Below, piece by piece: positions 38,420-47,612 of a DNA stretch of 64,000 bases. The notes beneath the pieces are model-generated. The model was not told the DNA's origin. It searched no databases and worked only from the letters and a program-made list of their open reading frames with translations. The stretch comes from Escherichia phage AV110: the sequence record OR352940.1; one strand, 5' to 3'. The position numbers and the translations under genes were made by a program. The first letter of the stretch is position 1, and every line of letters starts with the position of its first letter.

Positions 38420-38747
38420 ATTATTTCTCTTAAGGTTGGGGCCATTCCATGGCGCATGAATTGTCCATTTCTGTATTTACCCATTACCGCACTTGGGCTC
38501 GACCTTATTACAGGTTGGCGGGAATCCCTCATAGAATCATGAGGTCCAGGTTGTTCCCATTTTATTTGAATGTAAATATTTTTGCCACGCGTTTACGAAT
38601 TATACCAAAAAACACGTGGCAATTCACAGTATTCGGCGATTAAATGTTGATCAGCAAATTTAGATACTAAAGTCAAATTAATATAAGTCATTTACCCATC
38701 CAAGTAATTATGAATATACTATCACAATTCTAGGAGAAAGTAAACTG

Positions 38748-39050
38748 TTATTTACCTTTAATTACTTTAGCTGCTTCGATAGCCGCTTGCTGAAGGTCAT
38801 CCATAGACATACCGAATTTAGAAGCAAAGTTATCAATTTTCTTTTCGACAGCATTCAAAGGCTTGGCCTGTTTACCTTCATTAGCGCCAGGAAGAGCGAG
38901 AATACGCTCTTTGTCAATATAAAGGCTTACAAGTTTCTTACGGTCTTTATCGGACAAATCATGAAATGAATGGGCCTTTTTATTTATAGCGGCTTCTAAT
39001 TTACCTGCACTCACTCGAGCTTCAGTAATAAATTCTTGATATGTTTTCAT
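38748..39050 (-). CDS. capsid-targeted internal protein (IPII/IPIII-like)
   Basis: N-terminal capsid-targeting sequence MKTYQEFITE (T4 IP consensus MKTYQEFIAE, cleaved by prohead protease after Glu). Confidence 0.65.
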   Translation of the reverse strand: MKTYQEFITEARVSAGKLEAAINKKAHSFHDLSDKDRKKLVSLYIDKERILALPGANEGKQAKPLNAVEKKIDNFASKFGMSMDDLQQAAIEAAKVIKGK

Positions 39051-39076
39051 TTTTGTTCCTATTGTTTTAATTTATG

Positions 39077-39391
39077 TTATTCTTTAGGGAAGTTTTTAGA
39101 GTATGCGTCATAAAGTTTATTACCGATGCGACGGAAAACTTTAGCTGCAAAACGGTTTTCAGGGTTTTTAATCATGATTTGCATCATGTAAGTTCCTGCA
39201 TCCGAAAGAGCTTCTTCATAGTACCCATTAATTTCTTTAAGAGTCCTACGTTTACCACCAGGACCATCGACAGTAATTTTCCATTTACCTGTAGAAGTGC
39301 GGCTCGGTGGCTCAACTTGTTCAATCCAAATATAACCACCTTCAACGCGTTGGTTGGCGGATTCTGCAATAAATTCTTTATACGTTTTCAT
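39077..39391 (-). CDS. capsid-targeted internal protein
   Basis: N-terminal MKTYKEFIAE CTS. Confidence 0.65.
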   Translation of the reverse strand: MKTYKEFIAESANQRVEGGYIWIEQVEPPSRTSTGKWKITVDGPGGKRRTLKEINGYYEEALSDAGTYMMQIMIKNPENRFAAKVFRRIGNKLYDAYSKNFPKE

Positions 39392-39454
39392 TTTTGTTTC
39401 CTTGTTTGTTTTGATAGAGTAATTATACCATATTAATACTTAAGCGTAAACAAT

Positions 39455-39715
39455 TTAAGCTTTACCGCCAGAAATAATTCCGAAGTTGTTAAAATCGTAT
39501 CCAATATCGTCAACATCTACTTTAGGACTTGCTACAACATAAGCAATTTCACTACGTTTTGCATAGGTGTTGATTTCTTTACCATCGCCACCTAAGAAAG
39601 AATACCCATTACGTTTTAATGAGCCAAAGTCTTCCGCATCACCAATGAAAGCTTTAACTTTAAATTTAGGACCTTTGGCATCTGCTTCAGCGATAAATTC
39701 TTGATACATTTTCAT
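39455..39715 (-). CDS. capsid-targeted internal protein
   Basis: N-terminal MKMYQEFIAE CTS. Confidence 0.6.
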   Translation of the reverse strand: MKMYQEFIAEADAKGPKFKVKAFIGDAEDFGSLKRNGYSFLGGDGKEINTYAKRSEIAYVVASPKVDVDDIGYDFNNFGIISGGKA

Positions 39716-39721
39716 TTTTCC

Positions 39722-40135
39722 TTAGTAAATTGATTTACCATAGTATTTGTACCAAGTCGGACGTTGAGCAATTTTTTCATCTAAGCGTGCTTGACTTATC
39801 GCAATGGACGCTTCGGACGGGACATAATTATTACGAAATTCGGCAGGGATGTCGGAAATATCCTGGACAGTCGTGTCCTTGATTTTGAAACCACGTTTCA
39901 AGCATTCAGCGATTAGCTCGATTTGTCGTAAACGTAAAAATTCGAGTTTGTCGTAAAAGAATGTTACGTGACCTGTGCCTAAGATAAATGTTGGAGAGAT
40001 TTTAAAATCCTTTACACGTTTACCGTTTTGAACATGTTTACGGACTGCACCAAATACGCGTGGTAATTCACGATACTCAGCCATAAGATGTTGGTCGGCC
40101 AGTTCAGAAACAAGTGTTAAATTGATACGGGTCAT
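39722..40135 (-). CDS. denV: endonuclease V (pyrimidine-dimer DNA glycosylase) DenV
   Basis: Start at [35 protein letters not shown]; near-identical to T4 DenV as recalled. Confidence 0.92.
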   Translation of the reverse strand: MTRINLTLVSELADQHLMAEYRELPRVFGAVRKHVQNGKRVKDFKISPTFILGTGHVTFFYDKLEFLRLRQIELIAECLKRGFKIKDTTVQDISDIPAEFRNNYVPSEASIAISQARLDEKIAQRPTWYKYYGKSIY

Positions 40136-40193
40136 AATTTCCTCCAAGTAGTTGATGAATGTATAGTATCAAAACCCTTGGAGGAAGTAAACA

Positions 40194-40475
40194 CTATTTT
40201 TCTGAAGCGCCTGAAATATATTTTTCAAGACGTTGTTTCATTAGCGAGCCGTTCTTAGCGATTTCTTCCGGTTTATCGCACATACGCAACAAGGCTTCAA
40301 GCTTAGCGATATCGCTGGTACGTTCAAATTTGCGAGTATCTATCTTACTAGCAAGTTCAGAAATACGTGCTAATAGACTTTCGGCTTCAACCAAAGCTGC
40401 ACCTAGCTTAGTTGCAAATGTGTCAGTAGCTTCGTTAAGAATAGATTCTGATAAAAATTCACTATATGTTTTCAT
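40194..40475 (-). CDS. capsid-targeted internal protein
   Basis: Start trimmed to [13 protein letters not shown]; ATG overlaps lysozyme stop. Confidence 0.6.
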   Translation of the reverse strand: MKTYSEFLSESILNEATDTFATKLGAALVEAESLLARISELASKIDTRKFERTSDIAKLEALLRMCDKPEEIAKNGSLMKQRLEKYISGASEK

Positions 40476-40960
40476 ATATACGCTTTCCAAGTTCCTGTTT
40501 TAAATGTTGAGATTACTCGTTTCGCGCGATTAGGTGTCTGACGATACCATTTAGATTGGGCTAGATTTACTGCCGCTTCATCCCAACGTTTCTGTTGAAG
40601 CATACGAAGAGAATTAGTAAAACCGGCGACGCCTGCTACACCCATTTGGAAGACCATATTGACCAATGCACAACGACGAACTGCATCTAAAGAATCATAC
40701 ACCGGTTTAAGTTTAGCATTACCCAAGATTCCGCGAACGGCTTTATCAACGTCTTCATTAAATAGCTTTTCAGCCTCATCAAGGGTAATTGTACCGTTGC
40801 ATTTACGGCCGATCATTCTGTCAAGTTCAGCTTTAGCTACGGCTAAAGACGGGTTCTTTGTTACTAAATGGCCAATGCCAATCGTCCAAAAGCCTTCAGT
40901 GTCTTTGTATAAAGTCAGTCTAAGACCTTCGTCATTACGAAGCATTTCAAATATATTCAT
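40472..40960 (-). CDS. e: endolysin (T4 lysozyme e homologue)
   Basis: Start at [32 protein letters not shown]; catalytic Glu/Asp context; close to T4 lysozyme. Confidence 0.93.
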   Translation of the reverse strand: MNIFEMLRNDEGLRLTLYKDTEGFWTIGIGHLVTKNPSLAVAKAELDRMIGRKCNGTITLDEAEKLFNEDVDKAVRGILGNAKLKPVYDSLDAVRRCALVNMVFQMGVAGVAGFTNSLRMLQQKRWDEAAVNLAQSKWYRQTPNRAKRVISTFKTGTWKAYI

Positions 40961-40994
40961 AATACCTCCCACGTTTATAGGAGGTATTTATTAC

Positions 40995-41453
40995 TTATAG
41001 GAGTTTAGTGAGCACCTTATATAATGATTTGCCCATTACATATTCCCATTGAGAAGGTTTAATTAAAGCGAATGCATCAAATTCAGGAATCTGTCGTCCG
41101 TCCGGGAATGTATGATAGGAATTACAAACACTGTTTCTGAATTGCTCGTGCTCTACAGGGATGGTATATTGGAACAGATGAATATTCTTATTGTCTGAGT
41201 AATGATGTTCGCCTAGGTCTTTCAGGAAGGCAGGGTCATATTGTGTAAACCCAGTTTCTTCTTCGCATTCACGAATAGCGGCTTCGATAGGAGATTCGCC
41301 AGGTTCGACACGGCCTTTAGGAATATCCCACCGATGAGCTAATGCACCTTTAGGACGAGAACCAGTTACACGCCCCATGAATAATTCTTTATCTTCGGTA
41401 AGGAAAATAATACCGGCTGATAGTTCTTTCACTTTATTTTTCTTACTCATCAT
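40995..41453 (-). CDS. nudE: Nudix hydrolase NudE
   Basis: Nudix box GRVEPGESPIEAAIRECEEETG. Confidence 0.85.
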   Translation of the reverse strand: MMSKKNKVKELSAGIIFLTEDKELFMGRVTGSRPKGALAHRWDIPKGRVEPGESPIEAAIRECEEETGFTQYDPAFLKDLGEHHYSDNKNIHLFQYTIPVEHEQFRNSVCNSYHTFPDGRQIPEFDAFALIKPSQWEYVMGKSLYKVLTKLL

Positions 41454-41694
41454 CTCGGTCCCATGATTTGGCCATTAATTCGGACATAAATTCTTCAATG
41501 CGCGTTTCTTTAGATGGACTTTCACTATTAGAGACCGCAAGTTTGTAATCTGCAATAGGACAGAACATATCAAGGTCCATATTAAGGACGTCTTTGATTT
41601 TTTCTTCTGACACATCTTTATCGTATGTGTACAGATAACTATCACATGATTCTGATTTAATGTAAATTGCTATACTCATCTCAAATTCCTGCAT
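41443..41694 (-). CDS. hypothetical acidic protein (83 aa)
   Basis: ORF. Confidence 0.45.
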   Translation of the reverse strand: MQEFEMSIAIYIKSESCDSYLYTYDKDVSEEKIKDVLNMDLDMFCPIADYKLAVSNSESPSKETRIEEFMSELMAKSWDRDDE

Positions 41695-42167
41695 TCGGTA
41701 ATAAAACGTTCAACTTCATTATTCTTGGCTTTTATCTTGTCTTTATGTTCTTGTAAACTACTTTTAATAAGATTAATAATGATGGCGGCGGTACCGCCGC
41801 CAATGATGCCACCAACAACACTTATTATACTAGATGCTAATAAGATAGCAATAATATCAACAAAACCGAAAGAACTCACCTTAGTACTAAAAAACCATAC
41901 CGACGGTACAAATATAATCCATCCTGTTATCCATTGGCACTTATTGAAAAACTTTTCAAGCTCAGCTTGAGTTGTTCGTATTACTTCATCGATAGGTTGA
42001 TATCCATTAATGTATCTGTTCACAATAATACCTGCTGGCTGGTCGATTTTAAATTCTTGGCAAATATGTTTCACTAAGTAGAATGGACAGGATGTCCATT
42101 CTACTGAATAGTATGAAATACCTTCGTTGCCATCGTCTATATTAGACCAATATGTTTTGTTAATCAT
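41676..42167 (-). CDS. membrane protein, FIKECR-tail family member
   Basis: TM and glycine-zipper segment; C-terminus ...ERFITECRNLR. Confidence 0.5.
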   Translation of the reverse strand: MINKTYWSNIDDGNEGISYYSVEWTSCPFYLVKHICQEFKIDQPAGIIVNRYINGYQPIDEVIRTTQAELEKFFNKCQWITGWIIFVPSVWFFSTKVSSFGFVDIIAILLASSIISVVGGIIGGGTAAIIINLIKSSLQEHKDKIKAKNNEVERFITECRNLR

Positions 42168-42853
42168 TACCAGCCTTCCATAGGGAATTCCAGATAAACT
42201 TGGGCATTGACACGAATTTCATTGGTAATCTTTTTAACTCGGTCTGTATTACGAGATACACGTCCGAACCAACGCCATCCATTACTAATTGCACGAGAAC
42301 CAGTGTGCCATGTTTGCCAATCAAACTGAAGAAGAGTACGATCTGGAGCTTCCCATTTCTCTAGTTCACCTTTTTCGATTTTTTCGAGGACTTCTTTGTG
42401 CCACTGGCGATAGATAAGTTCGCCATCAGGAATCTGACTGAACTCTGCAGTTCCTGTTGCAAAATGAGTAGGACACACATCAGCGTTAACAAGACCAAGA
42501 ATGTGTTCAGACAAATAGCGAGGATTGTCATAGTCAGGTTGTCCTGCAGTAATAAAGTGTTGACCAACTGGAATATCCGGGCGTGGTACATCGTCATGGT
42601 GATAACCTGGGATAGCAGGGTACCAACCAGGCATCAGCATGTGGACTCGTGAATCAAATACAACCTGGTCGGTGTTCCAATCATCTGGCAAGTTCATGAT
42701 GAAGCTGCGAGTAATAGGACCGCCGTTATTATAAGCAAATTCTAAACTACAGTTGAAGAACATAGGTTCGTTTTTAATCTGGTCGTTTTTAATCGCATGA
42801 GCAAAACCACCTACTGCACGAGCTTGACTATTAAACACTTTAGAACTATTCAT
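42167..42853 (-). CDS. hypothetical protein (228 aa)
   Basis: Long ORF; His/Asp-rich stretch GYHHDDVPRP; no family assigned. Confidence 0.55.
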   Translation of the reverse strand: MNSSKVFNSQARAVGGFAHAIKNDQIKNEPMFFNCSLEFAYNNGGPITRSFIMNLPDDWNTDQVVFDSRVHMLMPGWYPAIPGYHHDDVPRPDIPVGQHFITAGQPDYDNPRYLSEHILGLVNADVCPTHFATGTAEFSQIPDGELIYRQWHKEVLEKIEKGELEKWEAPDRTLLQFDWQTWHTGSRAISNGWRWFGRVSRNTDRVKKITNEIRVNAQVYLEFPMEGW

Positions 42854-42854
42854 A

Positions 42855-43160
42855 TTATTTTCCTCGACATTCTTTAATGAAATTTTCTAGATTGGTAGAT
42901 TCAATAGCTTTTTTACGAGCTTCTGCGTGTTCTTCTTCGGACAATTTACGTTTATAATTGACCCAGACATTATTGTCGAAACCAGACGTGGCATATAATA
43001 ACAAAGCTCCAACGAATAGCAAAAATGGTGATAAAAATATACAACCAGGAACACCATCCATACTGTAAGCCTTTTGTAATACTGCAACAGAAAGAGTTGC
43101 GTAAAAAGGTGATGCAAGTATTGTTAAAAGACCAATTCGATTGGTTTCTGTTAATTTCAT
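42855..43160 (-). CDS. membrane protein, FIKECR-tail family member
   Basis: Two TM segments; C-terminus ...ENFIKECRGK. Confidence 0.5.
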   Translation of the reverse strand: MKLTETNRIGLLTILASPFYATLSVAVLQKAYSMDGVPGCIFLSPFLLFVGALLLYATSGFDNNVWVNYKRKLSEEEHAEARKKAIESTNLENFIKECRGK

Positions 43161-43188
43161 AATATTCTCCTCATGTTTTAATAGGACT

Positions 43189-43218
43189 ACTATAACATAG
43201 TCCTATAATTGTGTAAAC
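43189..43218 (-). promoter_or_regulatory. sigma70-type early promoter (GTTTAC-N18-TATAGT) in conserved palindrome cassette
   Basis: ATAGGACTACTATAACATAGTCCTAT cassette; rc gtaaac at 43213-43218. Confidence 0.5.
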
Positions 43219-43230
43219 AGTTTTGTGAAG

Positions 43231-44187
43231 TTATTTGAAAGGTTTTACCATATGGAAATTTTGTTTGAAACGTTTTACGTAATCGTCATGTCCTAAGCTT
43301 TGGTACATACTTACAACTTTGCTGTAGTTTTCCCAGGCGTATTCACGGAACCAACCGGAGGTGATGCTTGTGCAGACTTTTTCTAATGCCATCATGAAAC
43401 TGGCTTCAGGGTTAATTTTAAAGTCATTAGGAATCTGAGAACGTTCTAATGCTAGTACACATGATTCTTCATATACACCGGCCAATTTGACCATTTCTGG
43501 TAACGATTCGAACTTCTCGCGTGAGGTCATGACTTCAGAACCGTCTTTCATATAAAATGTATACGCTGGGCGGTCTGTTAGCGCAATGGCTTCGTGAATA
43601 GTATCATGGTCATATGTATAGATGTCATCTTTAAAGAACGCACTTTTAGAAGTGTCAAGAACTGGGTGAGCATAGTTCAAGGTTTCTTTCTGGCGTTTCA
43701 GCATAATTTCAGTAAGTTCATCGTTCAGTGTAACACCTTTACCACGAAGATACTGAATATGGTTCATAGTCTTTAAAAAGAATGGATTATTTTTCTTGAA
43801 ACGATGAGACATCTTAATTGCAAGACATATCTCAGGAGTTGCCCAGTAAAACCCGTTCAAACGGTCTTTAGACAAATTTTTCTCGGCGTATTTTAAAAGG
43901 TCATAAGAAGACGTGAAATCTTCAGGAGTGAGTTCACCGACTAATTCACGGACATTAGTGATTGCCGGAACAATATATGCTTCAAAATGAGTTTCGCGTC
44001 CATTATGGAAGCATTTGAAAACTTGGACATCAGGGTTATCTTGGTGAACATATACACCCATCATTTGATTTTTGAATGCATTCCAAGAACATTGGTCCGC
44101 AATAAAGTCCCAATCACTATTTTTGATAGCGCTAGAATCAATAAGACCGTGATAGTGAAGCGCACGAGAACCAATAACTAACATCAT
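43231..44187 (-). CDS. hypothetical protein (318 aa)
   Basis: Long ORF; no motif recognised. Confidence 0.55.
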   Translation of the reverse strand: MMLVIGSRALHYHGLIDSSAIKNSDWDFIADQCSWNAFKNQMMGVYVHQDNPDVQVFKCFHNGRETHFEAYIVPAITNVRELVGELTPEDFTSSYDLLKYAEKNLSKDRLNGFYWATPEICLAIKMSHRFKKNNPFFLKTMNHIQYLRGKGVTLNDELTEIMLKRQKETLNYAHPVLDTSKSAFFKDDIYTYDHDTIHEAIALTDRPAYTFYMKDGSEVMTSREKFESLPEMVKLAGVYEESCVLALERSQIPNDFKINPEASFMMALEKVCTSITSGWFREYAWENYSKVVSMYQSLGHDDYVKRFKQNFHMVKPFK

Positions 44188-44215
44188 AATATTTTCCTCG
44201 GATTAATTCATTAAC

Positions 44216-44467
44216 TTAAATTTCACGACATGCGATATCATATTCATCCCAGAGGTCGTCATGTGAAGCCTCTACCAATGGAACGATTGTACCGTTTATG
44301 TCTTCATTATAAGGACAAATTGTACAGTGCGCATCTTCGAATCGGATGCCTTTGTGTTCAGATTTTTTATAACGCATATCGAATATCTTTGCAAACTTTT
44401 CACGAGTAATAGTTTTAGCAACTACTTCGGTTCCGATACTTTCGTAATAAATCATTGTGGACTCCAT
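44216..44467 (-). CDS. hypothetical protein (83 aa)
   Basis: ORF downstream of early promoter. Confidence 0.45.
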   Translation of the reverse strand: MESTMIYYESIGTEVVAKTITREKFAKIFDMRYKKSEHKGIRFEDAHCTICPYNEDINGTIVPLVEASHDDLWDEYDIACREI

Positions 44468-44483
44468 TTGTTTTGATAGGACT

Positions 44484-44513
44484 ACTATAACATAGCCCTA
44501 TCTTGTTGTAAAC
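44484..44513 (-). promoter_or_regulatory. sigma70-type early promoter in conserved palindrome cassette
   Basis: ATAGGACTACTATAACATAGCCCTAT; rc gtaaac 44508-44513, actata 44484-44489. Confidence 0.5.
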
Positions 44514-44517
44514 TGTT

Positions 44518-44715
44518 TTAGCAAGAATAACTAGATGATACCCAGCCTTGAACAGTGATACTATTGTGGGATAATGAGATCGCGTCCTGGATATTCAGAC
44601 CTGCGTTATCTTCAATCCATAATGTAACTTCTTCGCGTTCTTCTGTTGCAATTTGGAACAGGTTTTCCAGGGCAGCTACTGCCGTACGTACAGCACAATC
44701 TAATTCACGAGACAT
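44518..44715 (-). CDS. small protein, GWVSSSxxC-tail family member A
   Basis: C-terminus ...VQGWVSSSYSC. Confidence 0.45.
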   Translation of the reverse strand: MSRELDCAVRTAVAALENLFQIATEEREEVTLWIEDNAGLNIQDAISLSHNSITVQGWVSSSYSC

Positions 44716-44724
44716 ATTGTTTCC

Positions 44725-44997
44725 TTAGCAAGTGTGAGAAGATGCAACCCAACCACCAGTTTCGAGGCTCAGGTTGTAGTCGTATTGGTAAACGTCAGCC
44801 CATTCAGCATAGCCATTTTTTGTACAACGTTCAAGATCGGCTTTAAGATGTCCGGGTGAATGATAGGTTCCACCCATACCATAAGCTGGGTACAAGTTGA
44901 ATGTTGTGTTTTGTTTATCAGCAATTTCTTTGGCAGCCTCAATAGCTGCATAGATTTTTGCTACAGCTTCAGCCAGTTCGGTTTGTTCTTTAGACAT
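44725..44997 (-). CDS. small protein, GWVSSSxxC-tail family member B
   Basis: C-terminus ...GGWVASSHTC; shares YG.G.TY.(S/P)(P/K)G with member C. Confidence 0.5.
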   Translation of the reverse strand: MSKEQTELAEAVAKIYAAIEAAKEIADKQNTTFNLYPAYGMGGTYHSPGHLKADLERCTKNGYAEWADVYQYDYNLSLETGGWVASSHTC

Positions 44998-45006
44998 AAT
45001 GATTCC

Positions 45007-45312
45007 TTAGCACAACGCAGAAGACGAAACCCAAGCACCTTCAGTAATAACGTATCCATTACCTTCACGCTTAACATCGCCGCCATTATTTTCAATTTCA
45101 TCTTTCATCCACTGGGATACGATTTCACCCTTAGGATAATAAGTACGACCGCTACCATAATCACCTACAGAAAATGATACGGCATATTGGTCTGCGATCT
45201 TTGTTGCTTCTTCTTCGATACGTTCAGCTTGATTCAGAAGTTTATAAATTGCATCTGAAGCGGATTTGGCATCATTAAACTCTGGTACTTTAATTTCAAT
45301 AATCTTACTCAT
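45007..45312 (-). CDS. small protein, GWVSSSxxC-tail family member C
   Basis: C-terminus ...EGAWVSSSALC. Confidence 0.5.
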   Translation of the reverse strand: MSKIIEIKVPEFNDAKSASDAIYKLLNQAERIEEEATKIADQYAVSFSVGDYGSGRTYYPKGEIVSQWMKDEIENNGGDVKREGNGYVITEGAWVSSSALC

Positions 45313-45668
45313 TTTCTACATTCCTTAATAAAGTTTTCGATTGTTTCATTTTCACGTCTAGCTAGGAGTTCATTATAACTAATCATTTGAGAAGCGTAAA
45401 CCTTTTTATTTTTCTTGTTGTGGTTTATAAAACCGTAGTAAAAATAGACTACAGTACAAAATGATGCGATGGATGCAAAGGCTTGGGTATACCGTAAGTC
45501 CTGCCATTGGTCTGTGAATCCACCAGTGTTCCCTATAAATCCTAACACAACGCCGTCAATAAGAAATCCAACTAATCCAAAGGCAAATCCCATGCCAATA
45601 CTCATAATAAAAATTAGAATGTTCTCACCAAGAGAAGGCCATACGGTTAAGAGTTGTGGCTTTTGCAT
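45309..45668 (-). CDS. membrane protein, FIKECR-tail family member
   Basis: TM segments; C-terminus ...ENFIKECRK. Confidence 0.5.
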   Translation of the reverse strand: MQKPQLLTVWPSLGENILIFIMSIGMGFAFGLVGFLIDGVVLGFIGNTGGFTDQWQDLRYTQAFASIASFCTVVYFYYGFINHNKKNKKVYASQMISYNELLARRENETIENFIKECRK

Positions 45669-46072
45669 CTTATCTCCTTAACGAATTCCATAGCTTCTTC
45701 ATATTCATACTTTTTAACAGCTTCATCATACTGAGCTTGGGCTTTTGCGCACTGAACTTTCCACTCACGAACTCGAGCTCTGTGATGACGGCCTTGGTGC
45801 CAATATCCTACCCAATTAATAGGCATTAATAAAAACGGTACAATAAGTGGTGCGACGAACATTAATGAAAACGCTGCATCGGACGATATAACTTTATTGG
45901 AATCTAAAACAGCTCCTATAATCATAAAGATTAAAAATGCTAAAGCTAAAATAGGGCCAAATAGTACTTCGTTTGGGATTAATTTACGTTTGTATTCGTA
46001 TGCCCAGGGCTTACTTGGCATGTATAGGGTTGGCTTTGACATATTCTCTACATTCCATAATAAATTGCTCAA
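45647..46072 (-). CDS. membrane protein, FIKECR-like tail
   Basis: TM segments; C-terminus ...MEFVKEIRCKSHNS. Confidence 0.45.
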   Translation of the reverse strand: MSNLLWNVENMSKPTLYMPSKPWAYEYKRKLIPNEVLFGPILALAFLIFMIIGAVLDSNKVISSDAAFSLMFVAPLIVPFLLMPINWVGYWHQGRHHRARVREWKVQCAKAQAQYDEAVKKYEYEEAMEFVKEIRCKSHNS

Positions 46073-46634
46073 GGATTAAATTGTTAGTGAAATTAGGACT
46101 AACAACCATAGTTTCATAAAGCGCATCAATAGCACTTAAAGCATCAACTCTTTTAAGCAAAGGCTTGCCTTCATACATAGTTTCAGAATCGACGATTAAA
46201 GTGAAGTAGTATTTTTTATTATTGACCAGAACTTCTGTATCAATATAAAACATGTTAGACCTTAAAAGCTTATCTCTAAAACCATAATAATCTTTAGAGC
46301 GTTCGCTGATATATTCCCATTCGGTGTTTAAACAACAAACAGACCATGTAGGAGCAACGAAATCGGTGAATCTAATATCATGGTCTGCAACTAGTTTAGC
46401 AATAGCTCCGATATCATGAATCATAATACCTGGGGCTAATAAAGATTTTCTGCTATGGCTAGCTGTTTTCTCAGTAGTCTCATAAGAAGACGACCAGTAC
46501 CATTTACGCCCAGTTGCAACATATCGTAATGAATCAACTAAAGACGTAGGTGGATTTACCTTATCTCGGAACTCTTCGAACATTGAGTCAATATCATTAT
46601 TTTGGTTTCGCATGTTAACTCCTTTATTATCCAA
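46011..46634 (-). CDS. hypothetical protein (207 aa) with FIMECR motif near C-terminus
   Basis: ...LILEQFIMECREYVKANPIHAK. Confidence 0.5.
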   Translation of the reverse strand: MDNKGVNMRNQNNDIDSMFEEFRDKVNPPTSLVDSLRYVATGRKWYWSSSYETTEKTASHSRKSLLAPGIMIHDIGAIAKLVADHDIRFTDFVAPTWSVCCLNTEWEYISERSKDYYGFRDKLLRSNMFYIDTEVLVNNKKYYFTLIVDSETMYEGKPLLKRVDALSAIDALYETMVVSPNFTNNLILEQFIMECREYVKANPIHAK

Positions 46635-46662
46635 AAGGAGGACCGGAGTCCTCCGTATTATT

Positions 46663-47271
46663 TTATTTCAAAGAGTTAATATATTCTTGTACATCAGCAG
46701 AAGTGGTTTCAACGCCGGCTGGAGTGCCATTGAACGTTTCAACACGAGTCAGAGTGTCTTCGATATCAACCTTAGTCAGTGCAGCGATTTCAATTACATC
46801 ATCGGCCGTAGAGATACCAAGGGCATTGGCTGCTCGAGTTTCACGAATGTATTCGAGTTTGATTGCCAGGTTCTGACGAGCATCGTCAAGTTCAACCACC
46901 TTACGAGCAATTTCAATTCGCATAGCGGCATACCCGTCAGCTTTTGTATTAAGTTGTTCGGCAGTTCGACGATACAGAAGACCAAGCTTAGCATGCATGG
47001 TAACATCTTGTCCTTCAGCCAGGAGCTTACGAATTTCACGTTCCTTAGAAGCGGCTTGCTTGTTCTTTTCATTAACAAGTTCGCGAATACGTTTTTCTTC
47101 ATTAATAGATTTAACAGAAGCCGTTTTTAGTTCTTTGATTTGGGTAATCAACTTATCTGCAGCTGCGTTATACTGTTCTTCGACAGTCAGATTTTTAGCC
47201 ATAGCAGTACCCAGTTTAGTGCGGATGAATTCAACAAGTTTCTTCAGTGTGTTCATATTATTACCTTTCAA
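46663..47271 (-). CDS. coiled-coil protein (possibly PspA/IM30-like)
   Basis: ~200 aa, largely helical/coiled-coil composition; family assignment tentative. Confidence 0.5.
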   Translation of the reverse strand: MKGNNMNTLKKLVEFIRTKLGTAMAKNLTVEEQYNAAADKLITQIKELKTASVKSINEEKRIRELVNEKNKQAASKEREIRKLLAEGQDVTMHAKLGLLYRRTAEQLNTKADGYAAMRIEIARKVVELDDARQNLAIKLEYIRETRAANALGISTADDVIEIAALTKVDIEDTLTRVETFNGTPAGVETTSADVQEYINSLK

Positions 47272-47326
47272 TTGGTGGTTTATTATCCAACGAGAGCATT
47301 ATACTCTGCTCTCAAGAGTTTGTAAA

Positions 47327-47554
47327 TTATTTTTTAATCAAATTGACATAAAACTTGGCGTCTTCGGGGTGCATGCCTTCGCAGTATTCTTCAACCATGA
47401 ACTTCTTAACAGCTTCATAAGGACCACTCAGATTAAGCTCAGTTGCCCAGAACTTGGAATCTTGGACTGAATCGATACGAACTTCGGGGTGGCGGTTGCG
47501 AATAACTTCTTCTGTGTATTCATAATCAACGACATCAATATTAACTTTAGCCAT
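47327..47554 (-). CDS. hypothetical protein (75 aa)
   Basis: ORF downstream of early promoter. Confidence 0.45.
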   Translation of the reverse strand: MAKVNIDVVDYEYTEEVIRNRHPEVRIDSVQDSKFWATELNLSGPYEAVKKFMVEEYCEGMHPEDAKFYVNLIKK

Positions 47555-47582
47555 TTTGTTTTCCTCTTGATTTGATAGGACT

Positions 47583-47612
47583 ACTATAACATAAACTTAC
47601 TTAGATGTAAAT
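47583..47612 (-). promoter_or_regulatory. sigma70-type early promoter in conserved palindrome cassette
   Basis: GATAGGACTACTATAACATAAAC...; rc gtaaat 47607-47612, actata 47583-47588. Confidence 0.45.

Noticed and set aside
46612-47470. Plus-strand ORFs of 172 and 157 aa antisense to the 46663-47271 coiled-coil gene
   Set aside because: Ser/Leu-rich antisense artefacts of a coiled-coil coding sequence; the surrounding operon is entirely minus-strand.
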